43,453 nt of DNA from Halobacteriovoraceae bacterium (GCA_040382895.1 JBEIEO010000001.1:1-43453); one strand, 5' to 3'. Shown: positions 8,292 through 18,317, counted from the first letter of the stretch. Notes: generated by a model not told the origin, from the letters alone. Numbers and translations are program-made.

Positions 8292-8909
8292 TTAGCGAAC
8301 AGTCTCGTTAGACTGGTAGCTGATAAGAAGCATGTTACGACCGCGCTTAATAGCTTCGTTTGCACGACGCTGGAAAGTCGGAGTCAAACCTGTGATACGA
8401 GCTGGAGAAATTTTTCCGAACTCGTTTACCAGCCATGAGTAAGACTTAGGGTCTTTCCAGTCTGGAGAGGTTTTCTTAGCAGAGAACCAGCAAGACTTGC
8501 GCTTTGAGTGCATTTTCTTGTCTTTGTCTTCTCCGCCGTAGCCACCTTCATCGTCAACGTCAGCAGCAGCTTGAGTGTGGTTTGGGTTTTTGTAGTTCTT
8601 AACGATCTGATCTTGGTGCTTGTCTTCGCCAAGCTTGATGATCAGGTGACGAACCATGTTTTCGTTAATACGGAACTTACGCTCAATTTCAGCGTTAAGG
8701 TTACCAGCACCTTTGTACATGAAATAATGGTAAGAGCCTTTTTTAAGGCCAGATTCAGTTGGCTGAGCGAAAGTCTTCACTCCCCATGAATCGTTAACGA
8801 GAACTTCTGCACCGAATTCTTTGAAAGTGTCAGTTAGTGAACTTTTGATTGAATTCACAACTTCTTCGGATGCGTCTGGGCGAACGACAAATGCCGTTTC
8901 GTAGATCAT
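8292..8909 (-). CDS. rpsF-rpsR: Fused 30S ribosomal proteins S6 and S18
   Basis: aa 1-~93 are S6 (YETAFVVRPD, WG, GSYHYF, RINENMVRHLI); aa ~133-205 are S18 (DWKD, EFGKISPARITG, QRRANEAIKRGR). No stop between them. Confidence 0.92.
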   Translation of the reverse strand: MIYETAFVVRPDASEEVVNSIKSSLTDTFKEFGAEVLVNDSWGVKTFAQPTESGLKKGSYHYFMYKGAGNLNAEIERKFRINENMVRHLIIKLGEDKHQDQIVKNYKNPNHTQAAADVDDEGGYGGEDKDKKMHSKRKSCWFSAKKTSPDWKDPKSYSWLVNEFGKISPARITGLTPTFQRRANEAIKRGRNMLLISYQSNETVR

Positions 8910-8969
8910 ATTTCCTCCAGGGTTATAATTAAGGCCATGGACACTATTGCCATGACCGAGATGAAATAT
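8908..8969 (-). promoter_or_regulatory. Candidate S6:S18 autoregulatory leader RNA
   Basis: AUAUUUC can pair with GAAAUAU beside the SD/start; inner hairpin GGUCAUGG/CCAUGGCC; layout resembles known rpsF leaders. Confidence 0.5.
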
Positions 8970-9078
8970 AGTAAAATGAATGTCTTCGGGAACTTAGCAC
9001 AACCCACCTAGGGAATCCAAGGTTTTCTTTGTTCCACGACCCCTTTGGCGGCGCATCAAGACAATAATAAGACGATTT

Positions 9079-9251
9079 CCCCCAACCATGTTTGCCTGAG
9101 GAATGCGTGATCTCCCGAGGAGGGGTAGATCTTCATGCTCCCCTAGCGAGGGATTTGCTGATGAGTGCTTAGAAGATCAAGACCCTTAAACGTGACCTGC
9201 GCAAAGCTCAGGGCCCATCCGGATCCAGGCATGGTCGAGCGGGGCTTTTTT
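9079..9251 (+). ncRNA. Candidate structured ncRNA (rod with central bubble, 6S-like)
   Basis: Nested complementary segments 9085-9094/9226-9235, 9095-9100/9207-9212, 9104-9108/9199-9203, 9128-9134/9172-9178 and 9144-9150/9154-9160; ends in a T-run; GC-rich intergenic stretch. Confidence 0.45.
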
Positions 9252-9345
9252 CTGTCCAACTTTTGAACACACCCCTGTTCTTCTTTCAAACTCGCCTCTT
9301 AAAACGAGGCTCCAGAATATACTTTTACTTACAGAGGAGTAGTCC

Positions 9346-10281
9346 ATGAAAAGCCTGGTCATCATTCTTGCAGTTCTTACCATCGGGGTTTCCTGTAGCA
9401 AAGTCGAGCGGCCCAAATCGACAAGCAAGGAAATGAATAGCTCAACTCAGGAAATTGTGAAGAAAGAAGCTGATGACCAGCGGGAAAGTAAGCTGGTAAT
9501 CCTTAAGTCTGAAAAAGAGAGTCTGGGCAGCAAGATCGCTGCGGCTAAAGACTACTTTCTTGCCTTCGACTTTCAGCGATCAGTCCAAAGCAAAAATGAA
9601 AAATTACTTCTAATAGCGGTTCGTGACTTCAAGGTAGTGGCGCAAGACTTTCACTCAAAAATAAAAGTTAAGCGCATGAGTCCGTTAAAAGATGGAGAAA
9701 ATCAAAGTGACGAGCATGCATTCTACGCTTTGGCAGCTTCTTTAGACACCAAATACACGGAGGCTGGAGTATCCTTTTATGATCTTATCCGACGGGCCCT
9801 TCGCCGTGAAGAGTACAAAGAGCAATTGAAGAGTTATGAAGCGGAGCTAGTCACCGGAAAGAGCAAACAAGTCATGATTGATCTCATGAAAGCTCGCATG
9901 GATATCATGGCAACACTCGCTCTGCGAGAACTGACAGATGAGGACAACCAAACTCTGGGTCAAAAGATTAAGGCCGTGGTTTTTGACGTGACAGGTGGGG
10001 TGCTAGGCTCCATTGATTTGCCTGAGACTTTCACGGATGCCAATGACGTGACAAAAGATGCGGCCATTACATTTCTTGAAAAGGCAAGCAAAGCCCTACG
10101 GGTTCTAAAAGATATCGGCGTAGAGAAAAAACTTCAGCGCACCCTTCGCTCAGCCTTTTCAAAAATTGACCTTTCTAATCGTAGCAAGCACGAGCAAGAA
10201 CACCTTCACCCACATGTGGAAAAAGAAATCGACCAACGCCGAGGGACCACCCGGCAGCTAATCGATGAGCTGCTTCAGTGA
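9346..10281 (+). CDS. Hypothetical lipoprotein
   Basis: GAGGAG RBS; signal MKSLVIILAVLTIGVS-C lipobox; helical body. Confidence 0.85.
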   Translation: MKSLVIILAVLTIGVSCSKVERPKSTSKEMNSSTQEIVKKEADDQRESKLVILKSEKESLGSKIAAAKDYFLAFDFQRSVQSKNEKLLLIAVRDFKVVAQDFHSKIKVKRMSPLKDGENQSDEHAFYALAASLDTKYTEAGVSFYDLIRRALRREEYKEQLKSYEAELVTGKSKQVMIDLMKARMDIMATLALRELTDEDNQTLGQKIKAVVFDVTGGVLGSIDLPETFTDANDVTKDAAITFLEKASKALRVLKDIGVEKKLQRTLRSAFSKIDLSNRSKHEQEHLHPHVEKEIDQRRGTTRQLIDELLQ

Positions 10282-10431
10282 GCTGCCAGGAAAATTTGTC
10301 CTGCGGTCCAAAGGCATAAAGCCTAAGGCACTGATTCCCCAACGATGAATGCCTCGAAAACTTTTGTTTCATCGTTTTGGATATACCCCCGTATAATATG
10401 AGAGGTTTAATCTTCTTAATGGAGTTGCCTC

Positions 10432-12693
10432 TTGAAAAAAATCATCCTCATGACTCTCCTTCTCTCCACCTTTAACGCGAAAGCCCAACTCAACTGTGAA
10501 GCCGGCGATGACCCGTCTCGCTATGAGTGTAACGCCCCAGAAGCCGAAATTAAGCCAGATGGATGTCAAGCACAGGAGGCTCCTGGGAACAGCGCTTTGA
10601 CTGCTATCAACGATGAACTTCAGCAAAAAGCGTGTGAGGAGTCTGATCCATGGAAAGGAATGAGTAGTGAAGAGAAGAAACTAAAACTCAAAGAGTTAGA
10701 TAAACTTTGTAAAAAAGAAGCAAAAGCCTATAAAAGAAGTGTCTTCAAATCCCTATTCAAGAAAGGGAAGTTTGGGCAAGCCCTGCAGGTAGCCTTTAAA
10801 AAGAAATCTAAAATAATGTCCGGCAAACTAGATAAGAATAAAATTTCAGCTGATGTAGCCAACATGAGTGATGAGCAGCTCAAAGACTTTCTTAATGCAG
10901 AAATAGACAAACTTGAAGCTCGGGCCAAACCAGGCGAGCAGTCTCATACTGTTCCCTACAACATCACCATCAACAATGGCAAAGGGATTAATTGTAAAGT
11001 AACGGCGAAGGAATTTCCAGATAAGCCAAAGCACGTCACTCCTGAATGCGTTGGGTGTGAGCCGCTGGACATCATGAGTAGCTTCACTAATGATTGCTCT
11101 TACATGGTAAATAAAGATCTTCCTGAGAAAGTGGTCTTCGATGAGATACTTAAGATCAAGCCATCTGAGAAGAAGCAATATTGCCAACCCGACAACATGG
11201 ATAAGATCTCAGACAAGGGCAATAATGATTTGACCAAAATTAATGATCTGGCCGGTAAGATTTGTAATCAGATTCGAAGTGGTGAAGAACCGCACTTCAC
11301 AGTCGAAACCACTAGGAATCTCTACGCTGACAAGACTCCTCAGCTGGCCTACAAGAGAGGAGTATTTGTTCAGAAGTATATAAGCTGGCACCTCTCTAAG
11401 AATTGCAAAGACGTTGAGTATGATAAGGGCTTTGATTCGATCATCGAAATTAAGCAGCCGGCATATGGAAGTGGCGAGAAAAACTTCGATGGCTGGAAAG
11501 AGGGCGACTATGGCCCTAGTCCGTACGCCAAGACAGACAGTGAGATCCAACTTGAAAAAGAGCGATTTGCTAAGAATCTTGTTCGCGAGCAATCCGTCAT
11601 CGACAAAGAAATCGCTGACCTAAAAAAACAGGTCGCTGAGGTCGCGAAAAAGATTAATACCTACGATTTTAAGAAAAAAGAAAAGGATCTGAGAGAGAAG
11701 TACAACTCCGCTAAGAAGCAGCTCGAAGAGATGAGTAAATTCGACAAGGACATCGTTATAGAGAAAAAAGCCATCCTCACGAGTATCGGGAATGAGGCCT
11801 TGAGTAACTACTCTCTTAATGATGAACTTGAGGATCAAAAGGCTTTACTTGAGAAGCGCCTTGCCATCGCTGAGGATAGACAAAAATCTTTTGCTGCAAA
11901 ATCGGCTGAAAAAAAGAAACTTCTGGATGAATTCTATGCTGCTGGACCTAATCAAAACCATGCCGAGTGGGATGTAAAACTTTTCAATAGTTTTAAAATG
12001 GCAAGAATTACTGCTCAGCCAGCACCATCTCCGGACGTTAGTATCGGAGAACTTGAATCATTTGATCCTCAAATCGCCACCAAGATGGAAAAACTTTTGG
12101 CACTTCAAACATACACTTGCAACCTAAAACCCATTACAACAAAGAAAACGAGCCTTGAGGGGATCCTTAAGTTCCCGCTCAAAGTAGCTACTATCTTGAC
12201 CCTTCCCGTGCTTGCAGTTGGAGCAGGTGCAGGCGTCTTAGCTCTTACTCCTATCAACACCACCATCAATGTCTTTTGCGATGGCTGTAGCGAGCCTGGC
12301 CGTACCCTCCCGCGCTTCTTTGCAATTGGAGATATTGGACAGCTAAACCTAAGTAAAAGCAGTCGAAAGGCTGCCTGGAAAGAGACTAAGGGCTTCATCA
12401 AAAACTACATCAACTGGGGTGGTGTGCTAAAAGTGAACAAGAAGAAGCACTTGAGCAAGCACAGCTTAGACCAACATCATCCGGGCTGGGACAAGCTGGA
12501 TGCTGCCGGCCAGGATCAAGTCATTGAAAATTTTCTCAAGGCACATGCTCCAGAGGACCTCAGCGCGGTAGAGAGTGGTGAAAACATCACCCCGAACCTA
12601 GCTTGTAATGGTTCTAGTATTCCTAAGGATCAGAATGGCGAAAGCTACTCCAAAAAGAAGCCATCAAAACCGGCAGGCGGGTCTGAGCAGTAG
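10432..12693 (+). CDS. Large secreted Cys-rich hypothetical protein
   Basis: TTG start after GGAG; Sec signal (AKA|Q); many Cys; central coiled coil; late hydrophobic segment. Confidence 0.85.
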   Translation: MKKIILMTLLLSTFNAKAQLNCEAGDDPSRYECNAPEAEIKPDGCQAQEAPGNSALTAINDELQQKACEESDPWKGMSSEEKKLKLKELDKLCKKEAKAYKRSVFKSLFKKGKFGQALQVAFKKKSKIMSGKLDKNKISADVANMSDEQLKDFLNAEIDKLEARAKPGEQSHTVPYNITINNGKGINCKVTAKEFPDKPKHVTPECVGCEPLDIMSSFTNDCSYMVNKDLPEKVVFDEILKIKPSEKKQYCQPDNMDKISDKGNNDLTKINDLAGKICNQIRSGEEPHFTVETTRNLYADKTPQLAYKRGVFVQKYISWHLSKNCKDVEYDKGFDSIIEIKQPAYGSGEKNFDGWKEGDYGPSPYAKTDSEIQLEKERFAKNLVREQSVIDKEIADLKKQVAEVAKKINTYDFKKKEKDLREKYNSAKKQLEEMSKFDKDIVIEKKAILTSIGNEALSNYSLNDELEDQKALLEKRLAIAEDRQKSFAAKSAEKKKLLDEFYAAGPNQNHAEWDVKLFNSFKMARITAQPAPSPDVSIGELESFDPQIATKMEKLLALQTYTCNLKPITTKKTSLEGILKFPLKVATILTLPVLAVGAGAGVLALTPINTTINVFCDGCSEPGRTLPRFFAIGDIGQLNLSKSSRKAAWKETKGFIKNYINWGGVLKVNKKKHLSKHSLDQHHPGWDKLDAAGQDQVIENFLKAHAPEDLSAVESGENITPNLACNGSSIPKDQNGESYSKKKPSKPAGGSEQ

Positions 12694-12708
12694 GACCTCC
12701 TGCCCTGA

Positions 12709-14287
12709 TTAATTTTCTGGAGCGTAAATCTCGTACTGTTCGGCGTGATAGTTATTATCCGCCCGCACGAGTAAAGTCTTATTGAAAGTCTCCTCTAGCA
12801 TCTCAATCACGCCAAAATCCTCAGATGAAAGCTTGGCGCAAACTTCCGGATGAGCGAAGATTGTTATCTTGGATGAAGATGTCTTTTTCATTACTTTCTG
12901 AAGTTCACGGATGACCTCAAAACTCACTGTTTCAACGGACTTCACTCGCCCTACGCCTTCGCAGTATGGACATGGCTCGCACATGGTCCGTATGAGGGGT
13001 GTCCCGCGTACGTTTACGGGTCATCTCAACCAGACCCAACCCGGAGATTGGCAGCACGTTGGTTTTAGAACGGTCTTTCTTGAGGGCTTCTAATAGAGCC
13101 GAGTAAACCTGCTGACGGTGATCTTCTTTTTCCATATCGATGAAATCGATGATGATAATACCACCGCAGTTTCTCAGGCGTAACTGATAAGAAATTTCCT
13201 TAACCGCTTCGAGATTGGTTTTAAGAATAGTTTCTTCTAATGTTTTCTTTCCAACAAACTTACCGGTATTCACATCGATGGAAACCAGAGCTTCCGTCTG
13301 ATCAATATTGATGGAACCACCTGACTTGAGAAACACCTGATTAGAAAGAGCTCGCTCAATTTCGATATCGATACCATAGTGCTCGAAAATCGGTGTTTCA
13401 CCATCATAAAGCTTAATCTTGGCCTTATGATGCGGAATAAAACGCTGAATGAATTTTTCAATTTGCTTGATGGCCGATTTATTATCAGCGATGAGGTTAT
13501 CCACGTCCTCGTCCATAATGTCTCGAAGAGCACGCTGAACAAAAGATAGGTCCTGATGAAGTTCTACAGGAGCTTTCGCCTTTTCCATTTTCTTTTGAAC
13601 GTCTTTCCAGATTTTAACCAGGTTATTGTAATCGTTTTTGAGAACTTTATAGCTTTGGGTTTCCGCCACGGTTCGCGCAATAACGCCTACACCTTCAGGG
13701 CGAATGGAATCGAGAATATCTTTGAGGCGTTTTCTTTCTTCTTCGGATTCAATTCTGCGTGAAACACCAGTGTGCTCAATGAAAGGCATGTACACAATAT
13801 GACGACCGGCCAGAGTGATATGACGGGTCACTCGAGGACCCTTAGTTGAGATTGGTTCTTTAGCGATCTGAACCACAATCTCATCACCTTCTTTCAAAAA
13901 GTCCTGGATCTTCACATCCGGACGAAACTTCATATCCACAGTTTCCGTCAACGTGGAAAGCTCATCAGGTATAACTTCGCCAAGGCGTTTTTGATTGGCC
14001 TCCGAAGTTTCAATCCGTGACTGCATCTCACGCTGCTCGTCCAGAGTGGGGAGATAGGCATCATCCACATACAAGAAAGCAGCTCGCTCTTGCCCGATGT
14101 CGACAAAAGCAGATTGCATGCCTGGGAGAACCCTGAGCACTCTTCCTAAATAAATGTTTCCGACGATGGGGGCTGATTCATTGTTCTGGGAATGCCTCTC
14201 AATGAGGAAATCCAGGATCTCACCATTCTCAATGAGCGCAATACGGCTCTCATTGTGAGTCTGGTTGACCACAAGTTCTTTTGCCAT
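12709..14287 (-). pseudogene. rng: Ribonuclease G/E (Rne/Rng family) split by a 1-bp frameshift (may be a sequencing error)
   Basis: GNIYLGRV, PGMQSAFVDIG, DVNTG, GGIIIIDFIDM and EMTRKR are in one frame; the CEPCPYCEG Zn-link and C-terminus are in another. An extra C in ACCCCTC (G run 12996-12999) explains the shift. Confidence 0.88.
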
Positions 14288-14348
14288 GAAAAAATGTCCT
14301 AATTCTAAAAACTTAAACTAAATTAGGACCAGAATACCTGCTTTTATA

Positions 14349-15566
14349 TCAAATAAAAAGCCCGGCAATACATGCTGTCATGTAGCAAGCCAGAGTTCCG
14401 CCGATTAACGAGTACATACCGTATTTGGCAAGAATGGGACGTTTTTCAGGGGCCAGGGTTCCAATTCCCCCTAGCTGGATCGCAATGGAAGAAAAGTTTG
14501 AGAAGCCACAAAGGGCATACGTTGTCAAAATAGTAGAACGCTCAGAAATCTCGGCTTTAGCTTTAATCAGATCCAGGTATCCCACGAATTCATTAAGCAC
14601 TAGTTTTTTGCCGAGGATGGCCCCAACAGTGAGACAGTCTTCCCATGGAACACCTAAAAGCCAAGCAATCGGAGCATTAACGTAGCCCATGATCAATTCA
14701 AAGGTAATTTGCGGGTAACCGATGATTCCACCAAGACCTGATAGAATTCCATTTAACATAGCAATCAAAGCAATAAAGGCAAGCAACATAGCTGCAACGT
14801 TCACTGCGAGTTTCAACCCATCAGATGCTCCGGTAGCAGCAGCGTCCACGACGTTAGCTGAAACTTTTGGAAGATCGATCTTTACTACTCCGGCCGTCAC
14901 CGACTCTTCAACTTCAGGAACCATAAGTTTGGCACACACCAGAGCAGCCGGGGCGCTCATGACAGAAGCAGCAAGTAAGTGACCTGCATCGATTCCGAAA
15001 CCCACGTAAGCGGCAAGAACACCACCAGCAACGGTCGCCATACCACCGGTCATGAGACACATGATCTCAGATTTTGTCATTTTATTAACGAAAGGTTTGA
15101 TCACCAGAGGAGCTTCAGTTTGACCAACGAAGATGTTGGCAGCTGCGGCCAGAGATTCGGCACCAGAAGTTTTCATGGCCCACATCATGATCTTAGCAAC
15201 GAGCTCTACGACTTTTTGCATGATCCCGATGTGGTAAAGAACCGACATCAGGGCACTCATAAAGATAATGGTAGGAAGAACCATGGTGGCGAAGATAAAA
15301 CCAAGGGAATCAGAGGGAGTCGCAAGATTTCCGAAAAGGAAGCGAGCACCTTCTCCGGTATAACCAAGGATCGCGTTGAAGCCGCGTCCAATCGTGTCAA
15401 AAACCTCTCGACCCAGGTCCGTTTTTAGGATGAGCAACCCAAAGACCATTTGCAAGACGATTCCAGTGATGACGGTGCGCCACTGAATGGCTTTTTTATT
15501 CTCGCTGAGCGCGAAAGCAATACCAATCATGACAAACAATCCAAGCAACGAAACTAATCTTTCCAT
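14349..15566 (-). CDS. nupC: Concentrative nucleoside transporter (NupC/CNT family)
   Basis: NIFVGQTEAP, GMATVAGGV, NEFVGY and CGFSNFSSIAI motifs. Confidence 0.95.
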   Translation of the reverse strand: MERLVSLLGLFVMIGIAFALSENKKAIQWRTVITGIVLQMVFGLLILKTDLGREVFDTIGRGFNAILGYTGEGARFLFGNLATPSDSLGFIFATMVLPTIIFMSALMSVLYHIGIMQKVVELVAKIMMWAMKTSGAESLAAAANIFVGQTEAPLVIKPFVNKMTKSEIMCLMTGGMATVAGGVLAAYVGFGIDAGHLLAASVMSAPAALVCAKLMVPEVEESVTAGVVKIDLPKVSANVVDAAATGASDGLKLAVNVAAMLLAFIALIAMLNGILSGLGGIIGYPQITFELIMGYVNAPIAWLLGVPWEDCLTVGAILGKKLVLNEFVGYLDLIKAKAEISERSTILTTYALCGFSNFSSIAIQLGGIGTLAPEKRPILAKYGMYSLIGGTLACYMTACIAGLFI

Positions 15567-15649
15567 AAGCCATCCTAATGAAATGAATAAGGGTAACTCA
15601 TAGAGTTATCCCGTAGCTCATTCCTTATGGCAAGAAAAAGTCGACTGAT

Positions 15650-16054
15650 TTAGAAGGATGTATTCCAAATTTGAGTGCCAAATTGCACCGATTGCATTGT
15701 CAGAAGTTGATTGGAATCTGAATGCCATCCCGCTCTCTCAGAGGTGGAAAATTCCTCTGAAGAATGCTGACTCACCAGATCTTCTGAACCTTTCTGGGCA
15801 CTGTTGTAAGCCACAAAAATCACCCCGGCGATGACCCCTATTGCTGCACCTGTCCAGACGTTTGCGATATGTTTTGAAGGTTTGTCGTAAAAAGAAAGTG
15901 TGGATAAACCAAGAATAGCTCCACCTGCGCCTGCTGCGGCAACTAGAAGAACGTCGTTTTGTGTTTTTTTAACGAAGTCATCCTCAGACTGACCAAAGGC
16001 CAGATTGAGAGTGAGAATTTGAAAACACAGAAGAGCACAAAGCGATTTTTTCAT
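15650..16054 (-). CDS. Hypothetical exported/membrane protein with Gly-rich hydrophobic helices
   Basis: GAGG RBS before ATG 16054; signal peptide; AAAGAGGAILGLS and GAAIGVIAGVIF segments. Confidence 0.75.
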   Translation of the reverse strand: MKKSLCALLCFQILTLNLAFGQSEDDFVKKTQNDVLLVAAAGAGGAILGLSTLSFYDKPSKHIANVWTGAAIGVIAGVIFVAYNSAQKGSEDLVSQHSSEEFSTSERAGWHSDSNQLLTMQSVQFGTQIWNTSF

Positions 16055-16153
16055 TCGTTCCTCGATACATAAGTTTGCCAAGCGGGAAGCTATAAGACTA
16101 TGATAAATTCCCTACTTAAAGTTGGCAAACTTGTTGTTAATATAGAGAGAGTT

Positions 16154-17476
16154 ATGACTAAAGAAATTTTTCAGGTATATCCCCTTATTGATAAGAAAAA
16201 AAAGGGCGAGAAATTAACCCACAACGAAATCAAATGGTTTATCCAGAATTACACTGATAAGAGGATTGAGGATTACCAGATGTCGGCCATGCTAATGGCG
16301 ATGTTTATTCAAGGCATGGATGTTGCGGAAACTGCTGCTTTGACTGATGCCATGTTGGAGTCCGGAGAGCAATTAAAGTTCTCAGGTAAAAATGTCATCG
16401 ATAAACACTCTACCGGTGGTATTGGGGATAAAGCTTCCTTCATTCTCGCCCCTATCGCTTCAGCAGCAGGAGTGAAAGTTCCCATGATTGCTGGCCGTGG
16501 CCTTGGTCACACCGGAGGAACAGTGGATAAAATTGAGGCGATTAAAGGCTTCAATACAGCTTTAGATCTCAAGGTATTCCAGGAAAAATTGAGTAAAGAA
16601 GGTTTGGTGTTGATCGGGCAAACTCCGGAAATCGCTCCGGCAGATCGATTGATTTATGCTCTTCGGGACGTAACTGCCACCATCGACTCGATTCCACTAA
16701 TCACTGCTTCGATTATGAGTAAAAAACTGGCTGAAGGTGCTAACGGAATTGTCTTCGACATTAAAACCGGCACTGGTGCTTTCATGCGTACTCCAAAAGA
16801 CGCCAAGGCTTTGGGTAAGAGCTTAATCGCTACAGCTAAACGTTTTAAGAAGAAGGCAATCGCCCTGGTAACTGATATGAATCAGCCACTAGGAAATGCC
16901 GTTGGCCATACGAATGAACTGATCGAAAGTATCGAGACACTTAAAGGTAAAGGTCCTAAGGACATCACGGATCTTTCCATTATCCTGGCCGCTCACATGA
17001 TTCACATTGGTGGCGTGGAAAAGACTTTTGAAAAAGCTCTCAAGCGCGCTCTGGAAGTGGTGGCCACAGGGGAAGCACTGGAAGAGTTCCGCAAATTAAT
17101 TAAATCTCAGGGTGGTGATGACCGGGTGATCGATGATTACTCACTTCTTCCGCATTGCTCGGATGTGACCGAAGTGAAAGCAACTAAGAATGGATACATC
17201 AAGATGTTCCAAAATGATCAGATTGGACTACTTCTGATCGAACTTGGTGGCGGCCGTAAATCGAAAACGGATAAGATCGACCATGCCGTTGGTTTTAACT
17301 TTGAGAAAAAGATTGGTGATAAGGTGAAGAGAGGTGATGTTATTTTCCGCATTCACCATCACTCTCACCAAAAAGAAATTGCCGAAAAAATTAAAAATAC
17401 TTTCCTGAAAGATGTTCTGGTTATGTCAGCTGCAAAAGTGAAGACTCCAAAACTCATTCTTGAGAAACTTAGCTAA
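16154..17476 (+). CDS. pdp: Pyrimidine-nucleoside/thymidine phosphorylase
   Basis: DKHSTGGIGDK, GRGLGHTGGT, LRDVTAT and SIMSKK motifs. Confidence 0.96.
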   Translation: MTKEIFQVYPLIDKKKKGEKLTHNEIKWFIQNYTDKRIEDYQMSAMLMAMFIQGMDVAETAALTDAMLESGEQLKFSGKNVIDKHSTGGIGDKASFILAPIASAAGVKVPMIAGRGLGHTGGTVDKIEAIKGFNTALDLKVFQEKLSKEGLVLIGQTPEIAPADRLIYALRDVTATIDSIPLITASIMSKKLAEGANGIVFDIKTGTGAFMRTPKDAKALGKSLIATAKRFKKKAIALVTDMNQPLGNAVGHTNELIESIETLKGKGPKDITDLSIILAAHMIHIGGVEKTFEKALKRALEVVATGEALEEFRKLIKSQGGDDRVIDDYSLLPHCSDVTEVKATKNGYIKMFQNDQIGLLLIELGGGRKSKTDKIDHAVGFNFEKKIGDKVKRGDVIFRIHHHSHQKEIAEKIKNTFLKDVLVMSAAKVKTPKLILEKLS

Positions 17477-17486
17477 GGATAGCCCT

Positions 17487-18317
17487 ATGATGACTAAAAT
17501 TCTGGAATCAGCTCAGTACATCCAGTCCAAAATCAAAAACAAACCAAAGATCGGAATCGTCCTTGGTTCTGGTCTGGGGATTTATGTTGATCAGATTCAA
17601 AATAAAATCGTGATTCCTTATCAGGACATCCCTCACTTCAAGCGCACTTCGGTAGAAGGGCACCAGGGGTGCCTGATTCTGGGTGAAGTTCATGGAGTTA
17701 CCGTAGCCGCTCTTCAAGGGCGCCTTCATGCTTATGAAGGTTATGCTATGGAAGAAATTGTTCTTCCGGTAAGAGTTCTGGCCTCTTTAGGCATTGAATA
17801 TCTTTTTCTTACTAACGCTTCCGGTGGGATTAATAATGACTATCATCCTGGTGATTTGGTGGCGATCGTTGACCACATCAATCTTTCAGGTAGAAATCCC
17901 CTACAGGGACCAAATATTGCAGAATTGGGCCCTCGTTTCCCGGACATGACTGAACCCTATGACATGGAACTGGTGAAGTTGCTTCAATCAGTGGCGGGCC
18001 ATCACCACGTGAGCTTAAGAAGCGGAGTTTATTGCTCTGTTTTAGGTCCATCTTATGAGACTCCGGCCGAGATTCGCATGCTGAGAACGATTGGTGCCGA
18101 CATGGTGGGGATGAGTACAGTTCCGGAAGTTATCGCTGCTAATCACCTGGGACTGAAAGTCGCAGGGGTGGCCTGTATCACCAATTATGCCGCTGGGATT
18201 AAGCAGGAGAAGCTAAGTCATGCGGATGTAAAAAAAGTGGCAGAAAAAGCCATGGTTGGATTTGCCACCATTTTGACTGAAACTATTGGAGAACTCAAAA
18301 AGTTGGGAAAAGTCTGA
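17487..18317 (+). CDS. punA: Purine-nucleoside phosphorylase (trimeric type)
   Basis: LGSGLG, QGRLHAYEG, GPSYETPAE, VGMSTVPE and ITN motifs. Confidence 0.95.
   Translation: MMTKILESAQYIQSKIKNKPKIGIVLGSGLGIYVDQIQNKIVIPYQDIPHFKRTSVEGHQGCLILGEVHGVTVAALQGRLHAYEGYAMEEIVLPVRVLASLGIEYLFLTNASGGINNDYHPGDLVAIVDHINLSGRNPLQGPNIAELGPRFPDMTEPYDMELVKLLQSVAGHHHVSLRSGVYCSVLGPSYETPAEIRMLRTIGADMVGMSTVPEVIAANHLGLKVAGVACITNYAAGIKQEKLSHADVKKVAEKAMVGFATILTETIGELKKLGKV

Noticed and set aside
9183-9245. Resemblance to a c-di-GMP-I riboswitch (GCGCAAAGCUCAGGG…AUGG)
   Set aside because: The upstream GGYAAA and GNRA-capped P2 are missing, and the longer rod pairing explains the region better. A cmscan run would settle it.
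12709-12984. Separate 91-aa ORF
   Set aside because: It is the out-of-frame C-terminus of the RNase G/E gene.
12990-13005. Programmed ribosomal frameshift in rng
   Set aside because: No recognisable slippery heptamer, adjacent stop codon or stimulatory structure; an indel is simpler.
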